Assembly: GCA_950097015.1 (NCBI GenBank)
Contig: CATNEN010000039.1
Coordinates: 13,020,001 to 13,084,000, forward strand
Direction of reading: 5' to 3'
Source: Macrostomum hystrix
Lineage: Eukaryota; Animalia; Platyhelminthes
Length of the DNA stretch: 64,000 bases
The translations under genes and the position numbers were made by a program. Positions 1 through 10,700 of the stretch are shown here, one piece after another. How positions within the stretch are numbered: the stretch's first letter is position 1; each line of letters begins with the position of its first letter. A model generated the notes under the pieces. The model was not told the DNA's origin, ran no database searches, and saw only the letters and a program-made list of their open reading frames with translations.

Positions 1-790
1 ACACCCTCTCTCCAAGATCTGTTGGAGACCCTCTCTCCATGATCTGTTGGACACCCTCGCTCCAAGATCTGTTGGACACCCTCGCTCCAAGATCTGTTGG
101 ACAACCTCGCTCCAAGATCTGGTGGACACCCTCGCTCCAAGATATGTTGGACACCCTCTCTCCAAGATCTGTTGGACACCCTCGCTCCAAGATATGTTGG
201 ACACCCTCTCTCCAAGATCTGTTGGACACCCTCTCTCTAAGATCTGTTGGACACCCTCTCTCCAAGATCTCTTGGACACCCTCTCTCCATGCTCTGTTGG
301 ACACCCTTTCTCCAAGATCTGTTGGACACCCTCTCTTCAAGATCTGGTGGACACCCTCTCTCCAAGATCTGGTGGACACCCTCTCTCCAAGATCTGGTGG
401 ACACCCTCGCTCCAAGATCTGTTGGACAACCTCGCTCCAAGATCTGGTGGACACCCTCGCTCCAAGATATGTTGGACACCCTCTCTCCAAGATCTGTTGG
501 ACACCCTCGCTCCAAGATATGTTGGACACCCTCTCTCCAAGATCTGTTGGACACCCTCTCTCTAAGATCTGTTGGACACCCTCTCTCCAAGATCTCTTGG
601 ACACCCTCTCTCCATGCTCTGTTGGACACCCTTTCTCCAAGATCTGTTGGACACCCTCTCTTCAAGATCTGGTGGACACCCTCTCTCCAAGATCTGGTGG
701 ACACCCTCTCTCCAAGATCTGGTGGACACCCTCTCTCCAAGATCTGGTGGACACCCTCTCTCCAAGATCTGGTGGACACCCTCTCTCCAC
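1..790. repeat. 25-bp minisatellite (ACACCCTCTCTCCAAGATCTGTTGG)n with a 325-bp higher-order duplication
   Basis: Unit visible directly. Diagnostic variants recur 325 bp apart (e.g. TCTAAGATCT at ~236 and ~561, CCATGCTCT at ~287 and ~612). Runs off the window start. Confidence 0.97.
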
Positions 791-1409
791 CCTCTCGCCG
801 CGACCTAACTGACTGAAACAAATTGTCCTTTGGCAAGATAGTATATAGTATAAATCGAAGGACTTTGGACTCGATATGAGCAAAAATTATTGAAGGCATT
901 CTGGGGAGACGGCTAATTTGAGGTTTTATTTAAGCCGTTTGAGACATTTGCAGACTTGGCATTTAAGTATGTGATAAACTTCAAATTCAAACTTATAGCG
1001 ACCTTTTTCTAAACTCGCAAAAACCTGATGACCCCAGTAATTTACCCTAACCTTAGCTCTTAATTGCTTCTGTTTTTGGAGGTTGTGCCAACGAAACGTG
1101 GCACAGTGGCACCAAGCACAAGTATTCTTCTATTCTTCTTTGAATAAGCTGTAGACACAATGGAGCCAGTAAAAATGACCAAGGTAAGTGGGCAGGACAG
1201 GAAAACTGCAGCGCTTTTTTACTCAAGCGCTCGTGACAATGAAGACTCTCATATAACTAACTATTCGAATAGCCTCTTTTAAATTGGACAGCAAAAAGCA
1301 GGGGTCGCGTTACCTCGCGTTACCCTCAAAGCCCTTAATTGGTCTTCGAAAGAAGCCACGCATTTGGAAGACCGGAAAGACGTACCGATTTCAAGGCAAT
1401 GCACGCTCC

Positions 1410-1415
1410 TATATA
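1410..1415 (+). promoter_or_regulatory. Candidate TATA box of the small secreted-peptide gene
   Basis: TATATA about 90 nt upstream of the ATG at 1503, in otherwise GC-balanced sequence. Confidence 0.45.
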
Positions 1416-1502
1416 CCAGACCGCTGAGTGCTGGTGGACCTCAAGCCATACTCTCAGCTTCTACAATCTGCTTCATCAAGCAACAGCAGCAGCAGCACAA
1501 TC

Positions 1503-1724
1503 ATGAAGTGGCAGCTCGCTCTCGGACTCCTGCTCTGCGCAGCTCTGGCAGTCGCCAGGCCCAGCCAGGAGATGTCGGAGGAGGACGCGGAGACTCTGCG
1601 GGCCCTGGAAACCCTTTCGGATCTGGACGAGCCGGAGAAGGCCGAAGCCAAGGCCTTGATGCTGGAGAAGAAGATCAGGTTTTCGAAATTGGCGTGAGCT
1701 GTATATCGGATTTTGGGCAAGTAG
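1503..1724 (+). CDS. Secreted prepropeptide (antimicrobial/toxin/neuropeptide-like) with an in-frame TGA at 1695-1697
   Basis: MKWQLALGLLLCAALAVA (signal peptide), RPSQEMSEEDAETLRALETLSDLDEPEKAEAKALMLE (acidic spacer), KK, IRFSKLA-[TGA]-AVYRIL-GK-TAG(1722-1724). The ORF is 64 aa to the TGA, 73 codons if it is read through. Confidence 0.75.
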
Positions 1725-2934
1725 ATCTTCAGATGAGCTGCTGAAGGCCACCTGGCAACTGACCGGACACCGCCCATTGTGTTTGCATGCGTGAAGTTAC
1801 TTTCGATGTGAAAAAATGGCACTCAGGCTGCTTAAAGGCATCATTAGAGCGTATGGCTTAAGAAGTTAAGACTCTTTCAAATTTTATTGTTAATTAAGCT
1901 ACCAGGTGCGAGCAAGTTGGATTTATTTATTTTAAATTTTTTAAGTATTTAATTGGATTGAAAAAGCAATGGGTCTATTTAATTTAGCCCAGCAATGATT
2001 ATGTTGAGACTCGTTATACATAGACAGAACTGTAAAGCCTAAAAAGCACCTATGAAAATAAAATGTTCCCAAAGCTGAGACGTTGTTGAGAACGAAATTC
2101 ATATTCTTTTTTGGGTGCAATGGGTCCGTTTATGACATACTGTATAGAGTCGCGCGCTGTTTTGACTCGTGGCCCGATGAACTGTATAGACTTCGCATGA
2201 TGGAGCCCAACCTTGTAATGCGCACATTTTAATTCCACGATCAGTAGCAGTAGGCTTCTGACTAGTGCGTGAAAGAGTTAATATACAATTTGAACAGTAG
2301 TCTGACAAGAGGGGCTACTAATTAAATACTCATGTCGTAAGACCCTTACTGACGTAAGCCAGCGACTTACGCATATTGCCATGCAAGGTACAATTAAAGT
2401 CACACAATCAACTAAACTATACAGCTAACTACTAGATGTATTTACAAGGACTTATAGTCATACTACTGTGCTCATTCGGTCCATTGCCACGCTGAGTTAT
2501 ATGCTCTGACAATTAGCATCAACTCAACCAAAAAACTAAAAAAGCTGCGTTTATGAGAAAAATAATATAACTAACAGGACTAAAATAGTATTGACAAGCT
2601 AAGAATCATCTGTTATTTAGTTTATTGCGCCTTCTTACTACCCCAAATTAACTAATTGCTGACATTAGTGAAATAAAAAAGTGCAATCACGTATTTCCGT
2701 AAGTTAATTTCCAAGAGGTTATTCGGAAAGCACAAAAATGCGCGAACTCAAAATATTTACTTCCATGCTTCGTGAACAATTAAATGTTTTATAAATTATA
2801 ACAAGATTTCAAGCATGTGAAGTATGGGCTTGAAGATACTTATTGGCTTGCGGACGTTGCCTGTAGCCTGTACTGTCTATCCTTTATGTTGTCTTAGATT
2901 TTTTGTAACTTGTGAGTCCTGGTCAGTTTCCGAT

Positions 2935-3519
2935 TAGGCCTAAGCTTTGGTGCTAAGCTAAGCCATCCATCCATCCATTTGAATTCTCTTATTCTCTTTG
3001 CTATTGAAACAATAAAACTTCCCTTTATATTTTTTAATGGGCCAAGGTAATTTGCTTGGCCCTAATATATTGTAGAGCGAAATGCTGCTTCAGATCAGTA
3101 CATTGTTTTTCAACTATAGGGCCTAGGCCTATGTGTAGTGTAGCAGAGTAGGCCCTAAACCCTAACCAGTGGTTATGAACTCATTTAGAAATAGCTACCT
3201 AGTCTTATGAAGACTGAGAGTAGTACTCTCTACATAGATGTGGTAGAAAGTAGGCTTGAGGGCTTTTGTTTAATCTATACCCTGGAGCACCAATCTTTAA
3301 GTCATAGGCCTAGTGAATGTACATTGCCTGGCAATGAAAAGTTCAAGGCAGTTCTATTTCTACACTGTGTATATGCCTAGGCCTACATATTTGTGTGTAT
3401 GCTTGAGTCATAGGAAATGTTAGAATTGTCTCCTTAATTGCTATAGTTTCCCTGTCACCAAGTAGTAGGGTACTTGAGATTTTCTATATTCCTGATAGCC
3501 TTGCCCTTTACTAGGCCTA
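2935..3519. promoter_or_regulatory. Cluster of TAGGCCTA palindromes upstream of the DCAF4-INTS6-PTAR1 block
   Basis: Exact copies at 2935, 3124, 3305, 3378 and 3512, plus near-variants. A regulatory role is inference. Confidence 0.35.
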
Positions 3520-4059
3520 GTTTTACTAATAATCTATATCTTTCTAATATACTTAGCTGTTAGACCTACTATGATCTGTTTCAAAGACATTCTTAGACAT
3601 TTCTAAGAACGAAACTTGATAGTTTAATTTTTGTAAAAGTAATGTTTGAATATCTATTAAATTGTACATTATGTAAATGATTTATCTAAACAAAAAATAT
3701 CTGGTAAAATAATATAAAATATATGGCTAATTGCTATAATCTTTAAACAATTACAAAAAGTTCACTTTTATTATGGACTTAAAATTAAAGGCCAACTTAA
3801 AAGTTTACTTTTATATTCCTATATAATCATCTTTTGGCATATGTTATTTCATTAAAATTTAACAACTTAAATATGTCCACTATTAAAAACTATGTTGTTC
3901 TTAAATTGTAGAAATATCTGCTTGTATTTGTTAAGTAGTTTGTATTGAAATGACAAAACAGGTAAGCTTTAAGAAACTGGTAGTCATGTTTTTTGTAATA
4001 TTTATTGAAGAAGGACAAATATAACTTTTTTAAAACAACACAACAGTTATGAAAGTAGT

Positions 4060-4432
4060 TGGACAGTTCTCATAGTTGTGGAACAGTTCTCATAGTATTA
4101 GGACAGTTCTCATTGTAGTAGAACAGTTCTCACAGTAGTAGGACAGTTCTCACAGTAGTAGAACAGTTCTCACAATAGTAGGACAGTTCTCATAGTAGTA
4201 GGACAGTTCTCACAGTAGTAGAACAGTTCTTACAATAGTAGGACAGTTCTCACAGTAGTAGAACAGTTCTCACAGTAGTAGAACAGTTCTCACAATAGTA
4301 GGACAGTTCTCACAGTAGTAGAACAGTTCTCACAGTAGTAGAACAGTTCTCACAATAGTAGGACAGTTCTCACAGTAGTAGGACAGTTCTCACAGTAGTA
4401 GAACAGTTATCAGAGTAGTAGAACAGTTCCCA
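4060..4432. repeat. 20-bp minisatellite (GAACAGTTCTCACAGTAGTA)n
   Basis: About 18 copies; contains the inverted repeat AGAAC-A-GTTCT. Confidence 0.96.
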
Positions 4433-4596
4433 GAGAGATAATAATTTTAATTAATTAGCCATTTGTAAATTTATAATTGCAAAGGTTGTCTCTATTATAT
4501 TATATTAATTTATAACAATTTGTATATTCCTTAATTAAAGGAAAAAAGAGAGCCACAAGTAATGCCAATTAATTACACCATTTAATTGCTGCCAGC

Positions 4597-6171
4597 ATGG
4601 AACATCAGCAGCCAATTGAAGAGCTGCCTGGATTTCGTTACGATGCCAGAAAGCATCGGTATTTTCGCATCACCCAGCCCGGCTTTGCTCCATATGACGT
4701 TGCTGCGATCGCTGATGCCTCGAATCCACCGACTGGATCCGCAAATGTTTCCGCCATATCGGCGCCTTTGTCGCGCTACCTGATGCGTAGATCATTAGGC
4801 CTTGCTAATCACCAGTCTCGGCTAGCTTCTTCCACTCCTGCAGAAATCTTGTCCGAGTGCCGGTTGGCTGTATGGCCTCCGCCAGCCAAATGCCAACAGG
4901 CTCCGGGCACCTCTGTCATTGTGCGCCGTCCAGTCCGTCTAGTGCCAACCCTTATGTGCTGTTCAACTAGGCGATCTTTCAGTTTAAAAGTGCACACCGG
5001 CTGCTCAGTGGATGCTGTGCCCGGCGTTTCCAACGGCGGTGGATTGCTTGAGGAGTCGAGAATTTTCCGACTTCGCCTTGGCAAGCATAGAAAGACAGCG
5101 CGGGCTGAGCTGCACCAAGTTTGTCATAGAATTTTCGAGACTAAATCACCGGCCGCCTATTCCGCTTCAGTTGCTTTCGACTTGGTCTCGGCTCCTTGCC
5201 AGCATTCGGGCTGCGGCCTATTCGCAATAGTCGGCTTCCTTGGTGGCGAGGATCGTCGAGTTAGACTGTCAATTCTGCCGAGGAAAACAACTCTAGCAGA
5301 GCATGGTTCGGAGGATAGCGGCGACGCTGACTTGATGTCGATTTTTCATCGGGTCAGCGTCAGCGTCGGACTTCGCTGGCCGGTTCGCGGCGGCGATCGC
5401 GGCGATCAGCTGGTCGATCTGCGCATCTCCAACGGCTCCGACTTTCAAACGGCGCTGGCTGGCCGTCGCGCCACTTTCTGTCTGCCTTCTTTAAGCAGCT
5501 TCCCAGTTTCCGACCTGTCGCCATTGTGCGTAGCTGACTCGCCTATTGTCGGCTTGGACTCAGCCCTGCTAACCTCAAGTAGCCGTCTGGTTGGCGTCTG
5601 CAGCCTGCAGGAACTAATCCTTGCCGACGTGCGCGCGGGCCGCGTTGTTGCCACAATCTCAGCGCCGTCGCGTCACAGTCAGCCGCATCATCTTGGCGTC
5701 AATGGCTGCAACTTCACCGCCTGCAGATTCCTGGCTTCGGCGTCTGACTTAGCGGATCCTCGCCTGCTTGTTGTCGACACTCCCAGGGCTGCTTTGCTCT
5801 ACGATGTTCGACGCCCCTCCGTACCTCTCGCCGTTCTGTCGCCTAATCCAGCTTATAATAGCGCCGGCGAGGCTGTCGGTCATCGAGCCTCCTGGCTGCG
5901 GGTCGATCCGGCTAGCGGCTTGGTGGCCAGAGCCGACCCCGGCGGTTTCGTCAGCGTCTGGAGTGTCAACGGCGGCGTCGGCTGCGGCGGCTCTTTGTCG
6001 CCTCTGCTGACTGTGCCGCCCGAGTCTGGCGGCCTAGCCTTGCCGGCATTCGTTGACACAGAGTCAGGCGCACAGCCGGGCCAGCCTACTGATGCTCCAA
6101 TCGGATTGGCTGTGCTTTGCCTGCCGTCCCAGGGCGGCTGTTCCGTTTCATTCTGGCCAGTGGCTTACTAG
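4597..6171 (+). CDS. DCAF4: DCAF4/WDR21-like DDB1-CUL4-associated factor, divergent WD40, intronless (524 aa)
   Basis: N-terminal ELPGFRYDARKHRYFRI resembles the DCAF4 ELPGFYFDPEKKRYFRL motif. WDxR-like LADVR and LYDVR motifs, and a beta-propeller-like C-terminal half. GCCAG|cATG acceptor directly before the ATG. Confidence 0.75.
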   Translation: MEHQQPIEELPGFRYDARKHRYFRITQPGFAPYDVAAIADASNPPTGSANVSAISAPLSRYLMRRSLGLANHQSRLASSTPAEILSECRLAVWPPPAKCQQAPGTSVIVRRPVRLVPTLMCCSTRRSFSLKVHTGCSVDAVPGVSNGGGLLEESRIFRLRLGKHRKTARAELHQVCHRIFETKSPAAYSASVAFDLVSAPCQHSGCGLFAIVGFLGGEDRRVRLSILPRKTTLAEHGSEDSGDADLMSIFHRVSVSVGLRWPVRGGDRGDQLVDLRISNGSDFQTALAGRRATFCLPSLSSFPVSDLSPLCVADSPIVGLDSALLTSSSRLVGVCSLQELILADVRAGRVVATISAPSRHSQPHHLGVNGCNFTACRFLASASDLADPRLLVVDTPRAALLYDVRRPSVPLAVLSPNPAYNSAGEAVGHRASWLRVDPASGLVARADPGGFVSVWSVNGGVGCGGSLSPLLTVPPESGGLALPAFVDTESGAQPGQPTDAPIGLAVLCLPSQGGCSVSFWPVAY

Positions 6172-6442
6172 CGCCAGTTGCATTTCAATGAAGTAGTTTT
6201 TAATTTCAAGCTCTCGTATAAATTTTTGAACAACTTGGAATTAAGCACTTAATATAAAATTGTCACTTATGCCGATCGATAGACATTCACGTTGTGAGTC
6301 TTTGTGTTTGTTCTTTGTAGTTAAGTACTTTCTCTTATTTGTGCCTAAAAGATAAATAATAAATGCCAACTTCGAAATTCACTTTTGCCTTAAACTTTCT
6401 CTTCTTTTTGTATGGTAGCTTGTGTTACAAGTCTATCAAAAG

Positions 6443-7685
6443 TACAGATCTGTGTCAGATAGGGCACCAAACCTACAGACCTGTGTCAGATAGGTATCAC
6501 ACCTACAGACCTGTGTCAGATAGGGTACCAAACCTACAGACTTGTGTCTGATAGGGTACCAAACCTACAGACCTGTGTCAGATCGGTATCAAACCTACAG
6601 ACCTGTGTCAGATAGGGTACCAAACCTACAGACCTGTGTCAGATAGGGTATAAAACCTACAGACCTGTGTCAGATAGGGTGCCAAACCTACAGACCTGTG
6701 TCAGATAGGGTACCAAACCTACAGACCTGTGTCAGATAGGGTATAAAACCTACAGACCTGTGTCAGATAGGGTGCCAAACCTACAGACCTGTGTCAGATA
6801 GGGTACCAAACCTACAGACCTGTGTCAGATAGGGTATAAAACCTACAGACCTGTGTCAGATAGAGTGCCGAACCTACAGACCTGTGTCAGATAGGGTACC
6901 AAACCTACAGACTTGTGTCATATAGGGTACCAAACCTACAGACTTGTGTCATATAGGGTACCAAACCTACAGACCTGTGTCAGATAGGTATCAAACCTAC
7001 AGACCTGTGCCAGATAGGGTACCAAACCTACAGACCTGTGTCAGATAGAGTATAAAACCTACAGACCTGTGTCAGATAGAGTATAAAACCTACAGACCTG
7101 TGCCAGATAGGGTACCAAACCTACAGACCTGTGTCAGATAGAGTATAAAACCTACAGACCTGTGTCAGATAGGGTATAAAACCTACAGACCTGTGTCAGA
7201 TAGGGTGCCAAACCTACAGACCTGTGTCAGATAGGGTACCAAACCTACAGACCTGTGTCAGATAGGGTATAAAACCTACAGACCTGTGTCAGATAGGGTG
7301 CCAAACCTACAGACCTGTGTCAGATAGGGTACCAAACCTACAGACTTGTGTCATATAGGGTACCAAACCTACAGACTTGTGTCATATAGGGTACCAAACC
7401 CACAGACCTGTGTCAGATAGGTATCAAACCTACAGACCTGTGCCAGATAGGGTACCAAACCTACAGACCTGTGTCAGATAGAGTATAAAACCTACAGACC
7501 TGTGTCAGATAGAGTATAAAACCTACAGACCTGTGCCAGATAGGGTACCAAACCTACAGACCTGTGTCAGATAGAGTATAAAACCTACAGACCTGTGTCA
7601 GATAGAGTATAAAACCTACAGACCTGTGTCAGATAGAGATAAAACCTACAGACCTGTGTCAGATAGAGTATAAAACCTACAGACG
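6443..7685. repeat. 31-bp minisatellite (AAACCTACAGACCTGTGTCAGATAGGGTACC)n
   Basis: About 40 copies filling the DCAF4-INTS6 spacer and ending ~10 nt before the TTTCAG acceptor of INTS6. Confidence 0.97.
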
Positions 7686-7712
7686 TTTGGTTTCAGCCCG
7701 AATCGCTCAGCC

Positions 7713-10700
7713 ATGACCATCATAGTGTTCCTCATGGACAATTCTGCGTCTATGAATCAGCGAACCTACCTGGGCACCACCCTGTTGGATGTGGCTCGCG
7801 GCGCTGTAGAAACTCTGATGAAGATGCGAGCACGCGACGCTTCGTCTAGATGGGATCGGTACATGCTGGTGACTTTAGACGATCCACCCGCGAATGTCAA
7901 AGCTGGTTGGACTGAAAATCAGGTAATTTGTTAATTATGGGTCTTTAGATTGATCTTTAAACTACGAAGCTAAATACTGTAACATTTTTAAAGAGATTAG
8001 AAAATAACCCTGATCTTCAGTATTCTTCAGACTCTGAGATCTTATCATTCAAACTATTACCCTAATTTTCTAACTATGACCATATTTTTTTAATATCTTG
8101 AAACTACGAGTATGACCTTAATCTTCAAACAAGGCCCTTATCTTTGAAATATGATATTAATCATTTAAGTATGACCTTTTTGTTCTAACTATGGTTTTAA
8201 TCTTCAAACAAGGCCATTATCTTTGAAATATGATATTAATCATTTTAGTAAGACCTTTTTGTTCTAACTATGGTTTTAATCTTCAAGCTAAGACAATAAT
8301 CTTATTAGTATGATCTTATTCTCCAATTATAATCATTGATTACACCTGCCCAAATCGGGCCAGATGTTCAGCCGACAGCACAGCCGCAGCTATTGCGTGG
8401 CGCACCTGAAGGCTGCGTACGGCTGTTCAGTCCATGGACTGGGGCAACGCCACGCCACACCCACCTACAATTACCCCAGCTATTGCTGGTACCCATTTAA
8501 CGGCTGGTTGAACTCAAACAATGCGGAGTTAAGTTTTTGCTTAAGGACACAAATTGTTCTAGTGGAGTCGGGAATCGAACCCCCGACCTCCAAGTCGTGA
8601 TTCCGACGCTCTAAACACTGGCCTGCAACTTTTACAATTTCTACAACCAGATAAACTCTGGTTTCTCTTCATTCCAGGCTTAAAAATTTTACCATTGACT
8701 TCTAATTATGATAACGTTAGTACTGAATCATCGACTTTTTACTTTCAGGCCGCCTTCACTATGCAGCTGAAGTCGCTGCGTGCTCACGGCGTCACCACGC
8801 TTGGCGCTGGACTGAAGCGCACTCTGGACTTGCTGAATCTCAACCGGCTGCAGCACGGCATTGACAACTACGGCTGCGGCAGGTTTCCATTCTACATCGA
8901 GCCGGCTGTCATTATCGCTCTGACTGACGGCAGAAAACTTACTAGCGAGGCCGGCATCATGGCAGAATTGAATCTGCCCATGGTTGGCGGCGTGCTGGGC
9001 TCCGAGCTAACCCAGGTTCGTCTTCCATGGCATCTTCTGACACCCTACCTACTGACACTCATACCTACTGACCCCCGTTCCTCCTGACACTCGTCCTGAC
9101 ACTCATACCTACTGACCCCCGTTCCTCCTGACACTCGTACCTACTGACCTCCTTTTCTCCTGACACTCATACCTACTGACCTCCATTCCTCCTGGCACTC
9201 ATACCTACTGACCCCCGTTCCTCCTGGCACTCATACCTACTGACCCCCGTTCCTCCTTACACTCATACCTACTGACCTCCATTCCTCCTGGCACTCATAC
9301 CTACTGACCCCCGTTCCTCCTTACACTCATACCTACTGACCTCCATTCCTCCTGGCACTCATACCTACTGACCCCCGTTCCTCCTGACACTCGTACCTAC
9401 TGACCTCCGTTCCTCCTGGCACTCATACCTACTGACCCCCGTTCCTCCTGACACTCGTACCTACTGACCTCCGTTCCTCCTGGCACTCATACCTACTGAC
9501 CCCCGTTCCTCCTGACACTCGTACCTACTGACCCCCGTTCCTCCTGGCACTCATACCTACTGACCCCCGTTCCTCCTGACACTCGTACCTACTGACCCCC
9601 GTTCCTCCTGGCACTCATACCTACTGACCCCCGTTCCTCCTGACACTCGTACCTACTGACCTCCGTTCCTCCTGGCACTCATACCTACTGACCCCCGTTC
9701 CTCCTGGCACTCATACCTACTGACCTCCGTTCCTTCTGACACTCATACCTACTGACCTCTGTTCCTCCTGACACTCGTACCTACCGACCTCCGTTCCTCC
9801 TGAGACCCCTACATACTGACCTCCGGTCTTCCTGAGACCCCTACATACTGACCTCCGTTCCTCCTGAGACCCCCTAGCTTCGGTCACCCCTACCTACTAA
9901 CATCCTGTCGTCCTGACACCCTCCACCTGCTGGCAACCTATCCTAATGACATCCCTACCTAATGAAATCCGCTCCCCTGACATCCACTATTCGTACCTCC
10001 GTACTTACTAGACCTACTGGCACCCGCTTTTCTCTGAAATCCGCTCCCGCTTGACTTTCAAAATCTGCTTTCTGAAAATATGACATCTGGACGCAGCTCT
10101 TGCTGACCCGGTCTGCTGCTAACAGTGCTAAGTGCTAAGCAGTATATTTTGCGCGTGGAAATATTATTGTTTTTTTTCCAAAACAATATTCAAACAACAG
10201 GAGCCGTTCCGCTGGGATCAGCGACTCTACGGCCTGGTGCTGCGATTCCCTGCTCTAGCAGATCCTCAGGCGGCCGCGGCCAGCTCGGGCCTGCAGTACG
10301 TGCCGACAGCCGGCGATTCCCCCATTGACGTCATGTGCGAAGTGACTGGCGGCCGCTCCTACAAGCTGGTCAGCCAGCGCATGCTTAACCAGTGCCTGGA
10401 GAGTCTGTGTCAGAAATGCCAGCCGGGCATTGTTGCTCACCTGGAGAAGATGGGTCCCGATCCGCCGCCTGCTATGGACGAGAAGGGCCGGCCTGTTGTG
10501 CCTGTAAGTCTGCAATTACTCAAATGTAAACACCCCACCTTTCTCTGTCTCTGTCACCCTTTTAGACACCCACCTCACTCCGTCTTCCGTCTCTCTAAGC
10601 CCTCTGTACACCCACCTCACTCCGTCTTCCGTCTCTCTAAGCCCTCTGTACACCCACCTCACTCCGCATATGTAACCCTTCTAGACACCCACCTCTCACC

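Noticed and set aside
39-899. Overlapping 170-257 aa ORFs
   Set aside because: Translations of a 25-bp satellite, open in several frames on both strands, with no protein features.
1364-1822. Alternative ORFs 1364-1744 (+) and 1454-1822 (-)
   Set aside because: Shadow frames of the prepropeptide gene; only the 1503 frame has a signal peptide and processing sites.
1725-2035. SECIS element that would make the TGA at 1695 a selenocysteine codon
   Set aside because: ATGA...GA candidates at ~1733 and ~1994 lack a proper helix II and apical AA by eye, and the first is under 40 nt from the UGA. Not supported, although SECISearch should be run.
6443-7685. CRISPR-like appearance of 30-40-bp repeats with palindromic cores
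   Set aside because: Units are head-to-tail with no unique spacers, there are no cas genes, and the context is eukaryotic.
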